DNA from: Octopus sinensis
Lineage: Eukaryota
DNA length: 64,000 nt
Assembly: GCF_006345805.1 (NCBI RefSeq)
Contig: NC_043006.1
Location: forward strand, 47,616,001 to 47,680,000
Reading direction: 5' to 3'
The notes under the pieces were generated by a model. It saw only the letters and a list, made by a program, of their open reading frames with translations, did not search any database and was not told where the DNA came from. Shown here piece after piece: positions 24,616-38,144 of this stretch. How positions within the stretch are numbered: the first letter of the stretch is position 1; every line of letters starts with the position of its first letter. The position numbers and the translations under genes were made by a program.

Positions 24616-26379
24616 AAAAAAAATTACAATCTATTTTGAATTCTTTAATTCAATTATGTTTAATTATGCAGCACATTCTTCCTTCTATATTCATACAGAA
24701 GGTTTCTTAATTGGTTTGCGTTATTACTTTGGATTTTATTTCTTGTGATCCTCCAGAATAATTTTCAGAATAAAGTTAATAGAAGAGAAATAATAAACAA
24801 AATGGCAGCGGAGTTTCATATCTTCTACTTTTGAGAAGCTGGCTGAATTCGATGGGCAATACAAAACATACTAAGTTCATGATCTGCCTTTTAAATAGTT
24901 ATATTTATAGTAGTAATCGACGAAAAATTCGTTAGAGATGCGTGCAATTAAACTGACCGACTGTATTCACCCAGAACTTAATCTATGAAACCGGAAGTAT
25001 GAAAGACAAAATCAGAATTAGGAAATGAAGTCAGAAGGTACTTGTCAACAAATAACGTGTTGCTACAATGTATTTTTTAGGTCCTCTTCTATTTCTACAA
25101 AATGTATCGACCATGTTGTGCTCAATATTGATTACTTCTATACCGTCAAAGCCTCAATGTTTAAAAAAGAGTACAATCGATTATCTGTAATTGCAAGTCC
25201 AGAACGGGATTACAGTTTAGCTATTGAGTCCTTCAGCAAAATTTGAACTTAGATTGTATATGGTCATAAAGAACTATTTTAAAATAACTTCACCCCCGCA
25301 CGAACGATTCAGTCACTCTAGAGCAACTTCTTACACTTAATATATGAAAATGAATTGCAAATACTTTTCATTCTCCCGATTAAATGTAGGATGACGAAAT
25401 TCAGCATATTAAAGGAATAGCACACGTTTTAAACTATATTTGTTCTCCGATTTCACGTCTTGCGTTTGTAATAAATTGCAACATGCTTTGAACATCTTAC
25501 AGTATTTTTATTTCGTTTAAGTGTTGGCACAAGAAAAATTAAAGAAAGCATATAATACCAGAAATTCTCTTTCACTTTTTTTCCCATCGTGATTTTTTTC
25601 TCAGATCTTTTTTGCCCCTTTATTTCTGTTTCATCCTTCCTAAAGCCAAAGCGTCGCAGTACCAAAAACCTGAATATTTAACGTATTCTGTTTCCGGAGA
25701 GAGTTTGCACTCGTTTTTGTATGAAAGAACGTCAGTTTAAAAGAAAATTAAAACCGTTTTGTAGTTGTGGACACAGAGTTAATCGCTTCCTGAATTCTTG
25801 ATTTCCGTAGAAGAAAGCGAAGATTTCTTTTACTTTTTCATGTTTGTTTTCATTATTTGTTTATTTTTTTAAAAAAATCTTTCTCTCGTTTGTTATATTT
25901 CAGAGTCTGTTTCTTTCTTTCTTTATGATACTTTATTTTAATTTTTGACTCCGTTTTTGTTTGGAAGCAGAAATTACATAAAGAATCAAAGTTAATGATA
26001 ATGATAACGTGGGAAGTGTTGTTGACAGCGGTATTCGTCGTAATTATCATAATTATAGACATACCCAACACCGTCATAGTCATCTACATCATTGACAAAT
26101 TCATCACCACCACCAGTATCAATGCGATATTATCATTACAGCGATCGTAGAATTCTTGGCTCTGATCACATTCATACCCATAGTTTTGATCATAAGAGTC
26201 ATAACGGGATGAAGGAAAGCCAAGATATGAAGATATTGGAGGGAGAGGAAGGGGATGTTGAGACGAAGGAGGAGAATGTAAGATGGGAATTTGGGGTAGG
26301 GATGGTTATTGATTTGATAATGACGTCGGTGTTGATGTTGACCATGTTTAGTCCAAAAGTTTTTAATGTTAGCTAATGT

Positions 26380-26563
26380 AGGCGCAGGAGTGGCTGTGTG
26401 GTAAGTAGCTTGCTTACCAACCACATGGTTACCGGTTCAGTCCCACTCACTGTGACACCTTGGGCAAGTGTCCTCTACTATAGCCTCGGACCGACTGAAG
26501 CCTTGTGAGTGGATTTGGTAGACGGAAACTGAAAGAAGCCTGTCGTATATATGTATGTATATA

Positions 26564-26630
<67 letters not shown>

Positions 26631-26878
26631 TGTGTGTGTGGTGTGTGTGTGTGTATGTATGTATGGATGTATATATGTGTGTGTATATGGTTGTGTCTGG
26701 GTTTGTCCCCACCAACATCGCTAAACAACCGATGCTGGCGTGTTTCCGTCCCCGTAACGTAGCGATTCGGCAAAAAGTGACCGATAGAATAAGTACTAGG
26801 CTTACAAAAATACGTCCTGGGGTCGATTTGTTCGACTAAAGGCGTTGCTCCAGCGTGGCCACAGTCAAATGACCATTT
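26380..26878 (+). mobile_element. SINE (family A)
   Basis: ggcgcaggagtggctgtgtggtaagtagc...cagtcaaatgac. Confidence 0.9.
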
Positions 26879-26879
26879 T

Positions 26880-28022
26880 GATCACAACATTATTCTTTAA
26901 ATCTCTCTTGGTTCTTGCATGTGTTATACTTGCCTCCTCAAACGTTTTCACTATACTTCAATCTTTTCTTCGCCATCCAGATCGATCCGAAGCAAGGATT
27001 TCTGTGGCCTTTGGATCCATTCCATGTGACTTCATGATAATCCTCATGCTGTCCTTAAACCTCTTTTCAAGTTTACACCGATTGCGAATACCCACTGCTT
27101 ACCATAAAACAGCTATTTGAGTCTGCGTTCATCCACCATTCGGCCATGCCAACACATTTGGTTTTTCAGAATCATTGATTTAATCGAAGCGATGCCTGCA
27201 GTCTGGATTAATGTTTAAAGTACTGCGAGGGCATTTTTGGTGAAATCATTATAACAATTTGAAATTTCTTCCATAGAACGTCCATGTTCCAGAAGAATAC
27301 AACAGGGGTGGTAAGACAAGCGATTTGTAAGGAACCAATTTTGTGTTGTTATTTATATGACGTTGGCGCCAAACGCGTGACTCCAAATTGTGCTGCTCTT
27401 TGAATTTTCAGATGTAATTCTTTGTCTAGATTTCCATAATTTTATACAGAGCTTCCAAGGTAAATGAAAGATTCAACAACCTCATGTGACTTACCCTTAA
27501 GTAAAATTTTAGGGGGGTTGCAAACAATGCTACGTGCAATTCGAAACATTGCAACATTTTTGTTTTTTACAAACTGATGGTCAAGCCAAAATCCTCACAA
27601 ACTGTGTCAAATGCAGATACAAGAGATTGCAGTCCTGTGTCATAGTGACTGACTATATCACAATCATCAGCGTGTAAGTGTTCCCTTATGAGTGAAGTAA
27701 AAACAAAGGTTTTTACTTCACTCTGGTCAGATTAAAAACATTCCCTGTTGTTCGGTATTTTATGTAAATACCTTACTCGGAGTTTCGGAAAGCGTGTTAC
27801 GGTACAACAGCAAAGGATATTGTAAAGAAAATGGGTGCATCATGTCTCCTTCCTTCACACCATTTTCCACGGCAAAAGATTCAGAAAGCCTACCTACCAA
27901 AATTAACTCTAACCGTTATAGCTTGATAGAAAGACCTGATCATGTCTACAATTTTTTCTGGGCAGCCCATTTTCCTTAGAATTAGCGACAGAGCATTTCG
28001 ATTGACAATATCGAATGCATTG
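26880..28022 (-). pseudogene. Degenerate RTE (BovB-like) reverse transcriptase fragment
   Basis: NAFDIVNRNALSLILRKMGCPEKIVDMIRSF and VVESFIYLGSS motifs, with stops and frameshifts. Confidence 0.8.
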
Positions 28023-28124
28023 CTTATAGGCTCACACACACGCGCGCGCGCACATAAATATATAAATGTGTGTGTGTGTGGTTGTATGATATACATATTT
28101 GTTTTTAACATTTTTATTGGTTTC

Positions 28125-28290
28125 AGTCATTTGACTGCAGCCATGCTTGGGTATGGCCTTGAAGGGTTTTAGTGGAAGAAGTCAAGCCCATACTTTTTTA
28201 ATGCCTAGTACTTATTCTATCGGCTATCCGATCCGCTAAGCTACGAGGAAGAAAACACACCAACACCGGTTGGCAATACACGGTTACAAA
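28125..28290 (-). mobile_element. SINE (family A), 3' half
   Basis: Reverse complement of the family A tail. Confidence 0.7.
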
Positions 28291-28340
28291 AGTATACGCA
28301 TACACACACACAACACACACACACACACACACACACACAC

Positions 28341-28398
<58 letters not shown>

Positions 28399-28432
28399 TG
28401 TCTGTCTGTTTGTCTGCCTGCCTCTCTCTCTC

Positions 28433-28487
<55 letters not shown>

Positions 28488-28639
28488 ACATATAATTTTG
28501 TAATTTCCATGGGATTTCGTTCGAAAACAGCTTTGTAAGATTATATAAGTATTTGCTTCAATACTGTTAATCCTTTAAACATTTACGTTATATGTGATTA
28601 GTATTAAGTTATAACGTTATAGAAACAATACCCCGATTT

Positions 28640-29400
28640 TTACTATGTATGAAGAAATTCCTTTCGTCCGTCGATCATTTGTAAAACATTAATTTAGAAA
28701 CATTAGCCGGAAAGTATTTAAGATGGAACATTTTATTCGGATAGTACTGCACAATTTTATAATGATGTGCTGTGAGAAAAAACGTTTCAAAGGAATAGTC
28801 TAATAAACGTAAGGACATTAGCCATATAATAACAATGCCAGGGAAATAACAATCGCCTGTTTCACTCGAACTTTAATAATGATTTTAATGTTCTAAATAG
28901 ATACATAATTTCTAGCGTTGATCAGAAAACAATTCCCAGCAACTATAATGTACCGCAAGCTGTTCAATAAAAACATCGTAAAAGTTAGTTAATTGTGCTT
29001 TGGAAAACATTAACTTCTCTATCAAGCAATAGGATTGCCTGTACACATAAGAACAAATTAAAGCAACTGCAGTAAAACAACAAACGCTCTGTCCTCCTAA
29101 TTTCAAGTACTCTACAAAGGTTCTGTTATACAGAACCATTATTCGATTATTATCCAAAAGATTATATTGAGAACAATTATACTAAGCTCAAGAACAGACA
29201 TAAGCAATATAATTGCTCTCTGCCCTCTATTTCACTTTATCAATAACAACTTAAAAAGAATTGACCAATACTTCAGCAAGCGTAACACCAAACCTAACTG
29301 CATATATTAATGAATAATGCAATAAAAATATATCTGTGTCTCTGGTTGGAGGATAAAAAAATTCTTATACAATACTGTAAGGACATTAGCTAAGACAAAA
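28640..29400 (+). pseudogene. Degenerate Penelope-like element: RT C-terminus, linker and GIY-YIG
   Basis: TAQFYNDVL, FLALIRKQFPATIMYRKLFNKNIVKVS and KDYIENNYTKLKNRHKQYNCS resemble the PLE motifs YNDAL, FL.L..KHFP..H..K.FN.N.VKVSY and YIG.T...FK.R..QH. Confidence 0.6.
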
Positions 29401-29701
29401 TGTGATGTGAATATTTATGCCGTAAAGTCACTCGTTCAATTACAAAGAGCATAAAAAATTCTAATTGTGGCAGAGACAAGATGCTACTAAACTAATCATC
29501 ACAACAGCTACTTAGTTATAATAGATACATATTTGATAATAGGCCACACGCGAATAATGCTTCACTGCAGTAGAATGACATCAGCTGTCAAGAACATACA
29601 ACATACGCCCGGTTGAGATTAAAATACCATAGCACTACCTTGACAAATATTCACGAAATAGAAAACGCAAATGTTAAGTGTTACCTTCGAATACAAAGAT
29701 A

Positions 29702-29744
<43 letters not shown>

Positions 29745-30894
29745 ATACTCAAACCTCACTTTCAAAGCACACACAAATAAAGACATACTTTCGTGCATGT
29801 GTGTGAGTGTGCGTGTGTGCATGCGCGCGCTTGTGTATTTAAGCATGTGTATATATTCATATCTACTCAACTACTATCAAATTATTTTACCGTTCACCTT
29901 TCATGATATTGCTTTTTGGCGTTTTAACGTTACTGTCATATCACACATTATCCCAAAACGAAGCAAAGATATGTCAGCCATTTTCATCTTTTTGATATGC
30001 ACGGTGTAACTAGAAATTCCTTCTTTTTGAAGATGCCCGCCTAAGCCTATTTTGAATTCTTTTTCTAACAAGTTCTACAGATTCTCTGTCATGTTAAACT
30101 CTCAGATTGTCTAAATTATCGGTGCTTCCAACACGGCTTTTGTCGATTCGAACCTATGACAAAATGCTTGCACAATTTACTCCAGTTGGATTCAAATCCT
30201 GCACATCATTATTGCAAAGTGTGGTAATTAACCACACGAACATGTCTCCGTCCTAGTCTCGTAGGCAGAAATATTTGGTACCATCATAATTCTGTTCAGT
30301 TCTAGTGGTTCATGCAGAAAGTTGACCTTGACTATTTGCTAGGTTCATGTGTTTCAAAAGAAGGATAAATGCTTGAAATCTGTATGCGCATTTATACAAC
30401 CTCTCATCACCTATCTCGATCGATATTAACTCTGTGACCCTTAAAGTTGTCTTCGATATTTGTAATACTTATCGTAGTCACTTTCTCACAGATGTATGGG
30501 GTCGGAGTACACGTTAAGGCTGGGAAATATAAGGTTGTGTACAATTAAGTTGACCCAGGTAGTTGACTCCGTTCATTTTATCAACACCGGAAGAAGATCA
30601 GATAACAGTAATAATGATTCGTAATTTAGGCCTCAAAACAGTCTATTCCGTGCGGTAAGCCTGTCAGTATCATCGACTCTCGTATGAGATTTGTACTTTA
30701 TTTCATCGATTCTGAAATGCTTAGAAGCAAAGTTGAGGCCGACAAGAATGTGAATTATAAATATGAACAGTAGGATTAAATACAACAAACCTTTTTGCTT
30801 TCGCCGAAAGCTTAAAATGTTCTCATAACCCACCACCATTAAGGATAAAAGTTTCTCACGCAGGAACAAGACCTAGAATTTGAAGAAGTAGATC

Positions 30895-31050
30895 TAGTAG
30901 CACTTCATTGGTGCATTAATTTATCTACCGCAGATGGATGAAAGTAAACTTGACCGCCGTGTGATATGAACTCAGAACACAGAGTGCCAGAAAATTATTA
31001 GAAGGCATCTCCCGAACTCTTAGACGACTGTGCCAATCCGCCGCCCTTTA
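30895..31050 (-). mobile_element. SINE (family B), degenerate
   Basis: gatgaaagtaaacttgaccgccgtgtgatatgaactcagaac...ccgccgcc. Confidence 0.45.
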
Positions 31051-31836
31051 TAATAATGAAAATAATTGGAAATATACACACTAGATCGCAAAGTGGAGGT
31101 ATGTGGTTGCTGAATTTATTTAACACAAGTCATTGAAAGATACTTTATATATCGACTCTGTAGAGATAAAATAGTCGCATCAACATAAATAATATTAAGA
31201 ACACCAATAATGATGATGATAGCAGTAATGATAATTTCAAATTCCATTATACCGCATTATGCTAAATCTAACCAGCATCAAATACAAGTAAGGGAATAGG
31301 AAGAAGGTAGAAAGAAAAAGAGAGAGTGAGCAACATAGAAAGAAAGGCTGAAGTATAGACAGCGACAGAAAGAAAAAAGATGAAAGAGAAAAAGAAAGTG
31401 TGAATGAAAAAGATATGGAAGTAGAGAGAAGGAGAGAGAAAATTTGTAATATGCCGGAAGAGATAAATAAAATAAAACAGAATCACAACTGTTGGGTGAA
31501 ATTTTTAGTGGTGTTATAAAATATATTTTTTATGATGTACAGTGAGTGTTTTATTTTTTCCTTCTCTTGTGATTAATATTATGTCTGGGTTCGGGGTGTA
31601 AAGAAGATCACATAGCATTGGGCTTACATTACAGTTGATCGAGTACAAGTTAATGACTCAGTCAAAAAAAGACTGATCAATACATACCAACCGACACGAA
31701 TAGCTTCTGATGCAACAACCACGACAAGAACTTTACTGTTCACTTTGTGATTTTTTTTAGATTTGTTTTCTTGAAATAATTACTGTTATTTTGTAATCTT
31801 TAATATCATTTAGTTGCTAATACTTATTGCACATAT

Positions 31837-32095
<259 letters not shown>

Positions 32096-32258
32096 TGTTA
32101 TTTATCTTTCATTCTCCCTTTCTATCTCTTTCGCTCTCTGTTACTCTCTCTCTCTCTTCCTCTCTTAAATATATATATATGTATACATACATATATATAT
32201 TTCGTTTTGGGATTTGGTTTGCAAGATTCTTTATATGAGTTCGTGTGTTGAAGCATAT

Positions 32259-32404
32259 TCTGTTGTGTCTGGGGAGAGTCATTCTCTTTTAGTGCCTTAT
32301 TATTTAACACACTCACCGGTAAAATTTCCACGGTAAAATTTTACCGGTGAGTGTGTTAAATAATAAGGCAGTAAAAGAGAATGACTCTCCCCAGACACAA
32401 CAGA
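32259..32404. repeat. Near-perfect palindrome (69-bp arms, 8-nt spacer)
   Basis: 32259-32327 vs 32336-32404 differ by one substitution. Confidence 0.95.
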
Positions 32405-32530
32405 GTACATATATATATATATATATAGAAAGAGAGAGAGAGAGAGAGGGGTTATGAGAGGTAATGGTGTCAATAAGAACCAAAGGTTTCAGGTAATGGT
32501 GAGTAAGTGCTATGGCTTACTTGTGGTGTG

Positions 32531-32619
32531 GGCGGTTTAGCTTAATGGTTCAGAGTATCACGACGCGTAATCACGGAGGTGTGAGTTCGAATCTCATAGC
32601 CGGCCGCCAACACTTTTTT
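32531..32619 (+). tRNA. tRNA-like Pol III unit / tRNA pseudogene with a broken anticodon stem
   Basis: A box TAGCTTAATGG, T arm GTGAG-TTCGAAT-CTCAT, 6/7 acceptor pairs and T6 at 32614-32619; the anticodon stem pairs at only 3/5 positions. Confidence 0.35.
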
Positions 32620-32845
32620 CTGCAAAATAGGGGTAACTTATTCTGTTCAGGCTATATTATTAGCATTATCCTGAGTTTGAGAATTTAAAATCACTTCTTT
32701 AACTTTCTAAGACATTTCAACGCTTCAAAAGCAAACTTCGTTTGTTTATTTGCGTTCATCGTAATTTGAATTTAATATATATATATACATATGCATAAAT
32801 GTCTAAAGCCGTATTTATATAAATATTCAAGCACTTTTATATATA

Positions 32846-32885
<40 letters not shown>

Positions 32886-33099
32886 TTCATATACATAGAA
32901 ACGCGCGCGAGCTGGGTGTTGAACAGTTCCTGTTTTAAGCGTGTCGTGAAAAGCCTGTTTGGAAGGTCAATCTTCCATGTTCTTTTACAGTACTAAGAAA
33001 AGCTAAAGGACCGGTGCAATAAGTATGTATATCTGAGAGAGAGAATATGGACAAGAATTTTTCAACACACGCATCTATATATAGATATTAATGCATGTA

Positions 33100-33190
33100 G
33101 AGAGTGAAACCTCGCTACGTCTAAGACTTTTCCATTTCTTCCTGAGCGTCGAAATATTATAACACGCCATTTCTTGCTCTCCATCTCTTT
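33100..33190 (+). mobile_element. Degenerate relic related to the 47940-48100 terminal-repeat-like sequence
   Basis: tgtagagagtgaaacctcgctacgtctaagacttttcc...cctgagcg aligns by eye with tgtggaagagcgtaggctcgaaacgttaaag...cccgagcg. Confidence 0.3.
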
Positions 33191-33419
33191 TGATTTTCAT
33201 TTTGCTATCTTTTCATGCAATTTTAAACTAATTCTCATCAGATATTTTTCAGCCACGTAAAGATACATGCCTTTCTCGAACTATACTTCTCCTTCATCCA
33301 CACTTTTTTCGGTCTTAAACTTTTCTGAGCTTCAATCTGATATACTAACTGTGTACATCCTTATGGATTTCTTTGTTTATTCTTTTTGTTTTTTTGCATA
33401 TATATATATATACATATAT

Positions 33420-33458
<39 letters not shown>

Positions 33459-33467
33459 CATATATAT

Positions 33468-33500
<33 letters not shown>

Positions 33501-33815
33501 CTTATACATATATGTGTGTATGTATATATCTATATATCTATGTGTGTGCGCCTGTGTATATGTGTAAAAGGACACCTCTACTTACCTCTGTAATCGGTGC
33601 ATTGGTTCCAAGAAGTGCGACTCAAGACATGTTTTAAAAATTTCAGTAGCTTAGACTTGTTTTAATAAATGGGCTACACATAATTTCACGTGTATTTCCT
33701 TTGATATTCTACTCCAGTATTTGTTTTTAGGTGTATCTGTTAAATATTGCTTCTCTTAAAATGGTCGGAAAAGAGGTAGCTCAGACCAACGTAAGTTGAA
33801 GTATGTATGTATATA

Positions 33816-33897
<82 letters not shown>

Positions 33898-33910
33898 TGT
33901 GTGTGTGTGT

Positions 33911-34035
33911 GTCTGAGTGTGTATGAGCGTGAACGCATATCGTTACGTGCATATATACATACAATCACGCACAAACACACACATATATATGCGTATATTT
34001 GTATATGTATACGTATGTATATCTATCTATCTCTC

Positions 34036-34067
<32 letters not shown>

Positions 34068-34151
34068 ATATATATATATATATATAAATATATATGTGTG
34101 TATATATATATATATATGTATATACACACGAATATAATATATAAGTCTATA

Positions 34152-34182
<31 letters not shown>

Positions 34183-34326
34183 CATTTATATATGCATATA
34201 TATATAAATGTATATGTATCATGTAGCTATATGTATATAAAGAGTGAGAGGAGAGAGGGGGAGAGAAACAGAGAACAGTGAAATACATTCACATAAAAAT
34301 GTGTATGAGAGGTGTGTGTCTTTGTG

Positions 34327-34359
<33 letters not shown>

Positions 34360-34497
34360 TGTGTGTGTGTGTGTCTGAGTGTGTATGAGCGTGAACGCAT
34401 ATCGTTACGTGCATATATACATACAATCACGCACAAACACACACATATATATGCGTATATTTGTATATGTATACGTATGTATATCTATCTATCTCTC

Positions 34498-34529
<32 letters not shown>

Positions 34530-34614
34530 ATATATATATATATATAATATATATATATATATGTGTATATATATATATATATGTATATACACACGAATAT
34601 AAATATATAAGTCT

Positions 34615-34652
<38 letters not shown>

Positions 34653-34810
34653 CATTTATATATGCATATATATATAAATGTATATGTATCATGTAGCTAT
34701 ATGTATATAAAGAGTGAGAGGGAGAGAGGGGGAGAGAAACAGAGAACAGTGAAATACATTCACATAAAAATGTGTATGAGAGGTGTGTGTCTTTGTGTCT
34801 GTGTGTGTGT
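33911..34810. repeat. Tandem duplication, period ~462 bp, microsatellite-rich
   Basis: gtctgagtgtgtatgagcgtgaacgcatatcgttacgtgc at 33911 and 34373; the downstream gagaaacagagaacagtgaaatac is also duplicated. Confidence 0.9.
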
Positions 34811-35741
34811 GTTTGCTTGTATATGTGCCTCTGTGGGTGCTTCTTTGTGTGTGCATATGTGTGTCTGTGCGTGTGTCTGTCTATGTGTGTATGCATACCG
34901 AGGTAATGTACACGGAATAAGCGGAATATCAATGCTTATATACTAAAATGAAATACATAATTCTTCCTGTTTTTTCTCTCTTTTTATTTATTTATTTATT
35001 GTTATTATTATTATTTTATTTTTTTTTTAAATAAGGAAAGAACCATAGCAACTACCTCTTTGATGATCTTTCTGCCGATGAAATTATATAATTTTAAAAC
35101 AACGTGTGTTGTTTTATATGCGTCTTTGTCGGGAAAATATAGCTATAACCAGAGCTAGACAAAATATATTTATTATATTTCGATACGTTCACATTGATTT
35201 ATTTTTGTTTTCTTTCTATTTATATTTCACATTCATATTTATTTTCATGTGTATGTAAGTTATTTGTTGTTCTCTATTTTTATATTCTTTTCAATTGCTA
35301 CAATTTTTCTGACAAGGAAATAGCTTATTTCTAAATAAAATTTTGGAAAAAATGAGAAATCTCAATCATTAGAAATCCGTAAAAACTAGTGTTATATTTT
35401 GAAACTATGAATGTGTTAGGTATATTTTAACTAATACTCTACCAGAGCGTGGGGTTTTTTTCATTTTTGGGGGAATTTGTATGTTAACCGTTCTCCTTCA
35501 ATGCATGAACATCATAGCTTTTACAGATTACATCCTAGATATTTACCAATGTAGTGCAGTTCTGAAAGAATTATTGCTATAAATGGGTATTTATAATCAG
35601 GGGAAACGCAGCTGTTCACTTTCATCAATGTAACGTATCCATGTACGTGGTATGTACGTATATATATGTGCATGTATATACATATATATAATATATATAT
35701 ATATATATGGGTATATATATATATATATGCATATACAAATG

Positions 35742-35812
<71 letters not shown>

Positions 35813-35824
35813 TATTTTCTCTCT

Positions 35825-36180
35825 CTTTTACTTGTTTCAGTCATTTGACTGTGGCCATGCTGCAGCACTGCCATTAGTCGAGGTAATCGACTCCATGACT
35901 TATTCTTTTTTAAGCCTAGTACAGTACTTATTCTATCGGTCTCCTTTGTCGAACCGCTAATTTAAGGCGCCGTAAACACACCAGCATCGGTTGTCAAGCG
36001 ATGTTGGGTGGACAAACACAGACACACAAACATATACACACGCATATATATATATATATTATATATATATATATTCATATATACGACGGGCTTCTTTCAG
36101 TTTCCGTCTACCAATTCCATTCACAAGGCTTTGGTCGGACCGTGGCTATAGTAGAAAACACTTGCCCAAGGCGCAACGCA
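35825..36180 (-). mobile_element. SINE (family A), 5'-truncated
   Basis: Reverse complement of the family A body and tail. Confidence 0.8.
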
Positions 36181-36214
36181 TAAATATATATATGCAAACA
36201 TATGTATTGAAGGT

Positions 36215-36495
36215 GCATAGCTTAGTGGTTAAAGCGTTGCACTCACGCTTGCGTGGTCGATTCCCAGATCGAGCGTTGCGCTGTGTTCTTGAGCAAAGCA
36301 CTTCATTTCACGTTGCTCGACGATCATTTCGATATGTGACACGTGGTATCCGTTGCACCTGTACAGGTATTGTCAATCTGATGACGGGAGCGAGCTTATG
36401 TCTACTCAAACATTTGATCACTATGAACAATTCCTCTGTGTGGTTGTTCGGTAAGAAATTATCGAACCCTCTTACGTCGTCTCATGACGGGAGAT
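36215..36495 (+). mobile_element. SINE (family C-like)
   Basis: tagcttagtggttaaagcg...gttcttgagcaaagcacttcatttcacgttgctc. Confidence 0.7.
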
Positions 36496-36570
36496 TCCAT
36501 TATTATTATTATTATTATACATATATGAGCGTGCATGTGTGTATGTGTGTGTATGTGTGTGTGTATGTGT

Positions 36571-36613
<43 letters not shown>

Positions 36614-36944
36614 TGTGCATCTCTCTGTGTTTCAATTCTTTGCTTAGTTTCGAAGACGTTCCCTCGTCACAAACGTCTTAGTAGATAACAAATCATATTT
36701 ATTGATCTCTCAACCCTCTTTTAATCACTATTTGTCTGCACACCACAGTCAAACAGGCCTGAACTCACTCACAGAATGTCATTTGCTCCAAATAATAAAT
36801 ACCACACCTAAACCTGTATATGTGTCATGGATCACTTCTATTTCAAGACTCCTCGCCAATAGACAAAAAGTTAGTTTCTAACCGAGAATTAAAGCTTCTT
36901 CATTGGAATTTGAACATCAACAACAGGGTATTTTGCTCGTATGC

Positions 36945-37180
36945 ATATCTGTTTCTTTACTACCCACAAGGGGCTAAACACAGAGAGGACAAACAAAGAC
37001 AGACACACGGACTAAGTCGATTATATCGACCCCAGTTCGCAACTGGTACTTATTTAATCGACCCCGAAAGGATGAAAGGCAAAGTCGACCTCAGCGGAAT
37101 TTGAACTCAGAACGTAACGGCAGACGAAATACCGCAAAGCATTTCGCTCGGCGTGCTAACGTTTCTGCCAGCTTGCCGCT
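36945..37180 (-). mobile_element. SINE (family B)
   Basis: Clean reverse complement copy. Confidence 0.85.
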
Positions 37181-37214
37181 TGTATGTATATCTGCAGATT
37201 TGTATGTTTTGTTC

Positions 37215-37635
37215 TATGTATGTCTTCTGATGCACATAGTTACATATCTAGACATGCTCATATATATTTAAATGATAAACTTCTGGAAAGTTTTGCAGAT
37301 TTTTACAGTTCCAGTGATGGACTGGATCTGTAGTCTACGTATTACTTTTCCCCTTTCTGGTTTCAAGAAGCCTAATTTCTCAAGATTGGTATTTTAAGCA
37401 GTATGTTACATATCCCAGGGTGCTAAAAGCTGCAAGTATTAATGCGAACTTGTGATCGGATAGAGTAACTGCAGATTTATCAATAGTTCAGCGTAGGTAT
37501 TCTCTTTTTCACTGATCTTCAACTTTATATTAGCAACCGCTAATTTCCACAGCAGTACACAATTTCTCTTCTCTATTCCAAGTCATTATATCAGGTTTTA
37601 GTGTTTACATTTTATTAAAGTCTTCACTGGGATAT
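37215..37635 (-). mobile_element. 3' fragment of an RLE non-LTR retrotransposon (second family)
   Basis: LKPDIMTWNREEKLCTAVEIS (PD...E pattern); homologous to 38145-38387. Confidence 0.6.
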
Positions 37636-37657
37636 TCCACCAGTATTTTATTATAAG

Positions 37658-37905
37658 TGGAGGCGCGCGGCTTAGTGGTTATGGTGTTGAACTCATAATC
37701 GTAAGATTGTGGTTTCGATTCCTAGACCGGACGATGTGTTATGTTCTTGAGCAAAAGACTTCATTTTCACGTTACTCCAGTCCACTCAGCTGGCAAAAAT
37801 GAGTAATCCTGCGACGGACCGGCGTCCCGTCCAGGTGGGGAATTTCTACACTACTGAAACCGGGAAACCGGCCCTTCTGAGCTTGGCATGACTCGAGAAG
37901 GAACA
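37658..37905 (+). mobile_element. SINE (family C head, family D-like tail)
   Basis: gtggaggcgcgcggcttagtggtt...ggtttcgattcc...ttcttgagcaaaagac. Confidence 0.75.
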
Positions 37906-38018
37906 TTTATTTTTTTTTATTTTATTATGAGTGGTTATGGATTCTACCGTACTGTGGGTTCTTATTTCTTTGTTGTCGGGATTATCCATCCAACGGATTT
38001 CATTATAGAGTGTATATT

Positions 38019-38052
<34 letters not shown>

Positions 38053-38144
38053 TGTATGTATGTATGCATTTATGTATGCATGTATGCAGGTATTATGTAT
38101 GTATGTGTATGTGCATATTTGTATATTTTGTTTTATAAACGTAA

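Noticed and set aside
24790-25010. YY1-like AAAATGGCAG and ETS CCGGAAGT motifs suggesting a promoter (YY1-like motifs also at ~21490 and ~62030)
   Set aside because: Isolated short motifs with no downstream gene identified.
28809-29390. 14-bp direct repeat GTAAGGACATTAGC as a possible TSD of the PLE relic
   Set aside because: PLE-like translation continues upstream of the first copy, so the repeat does not bound the insertion.
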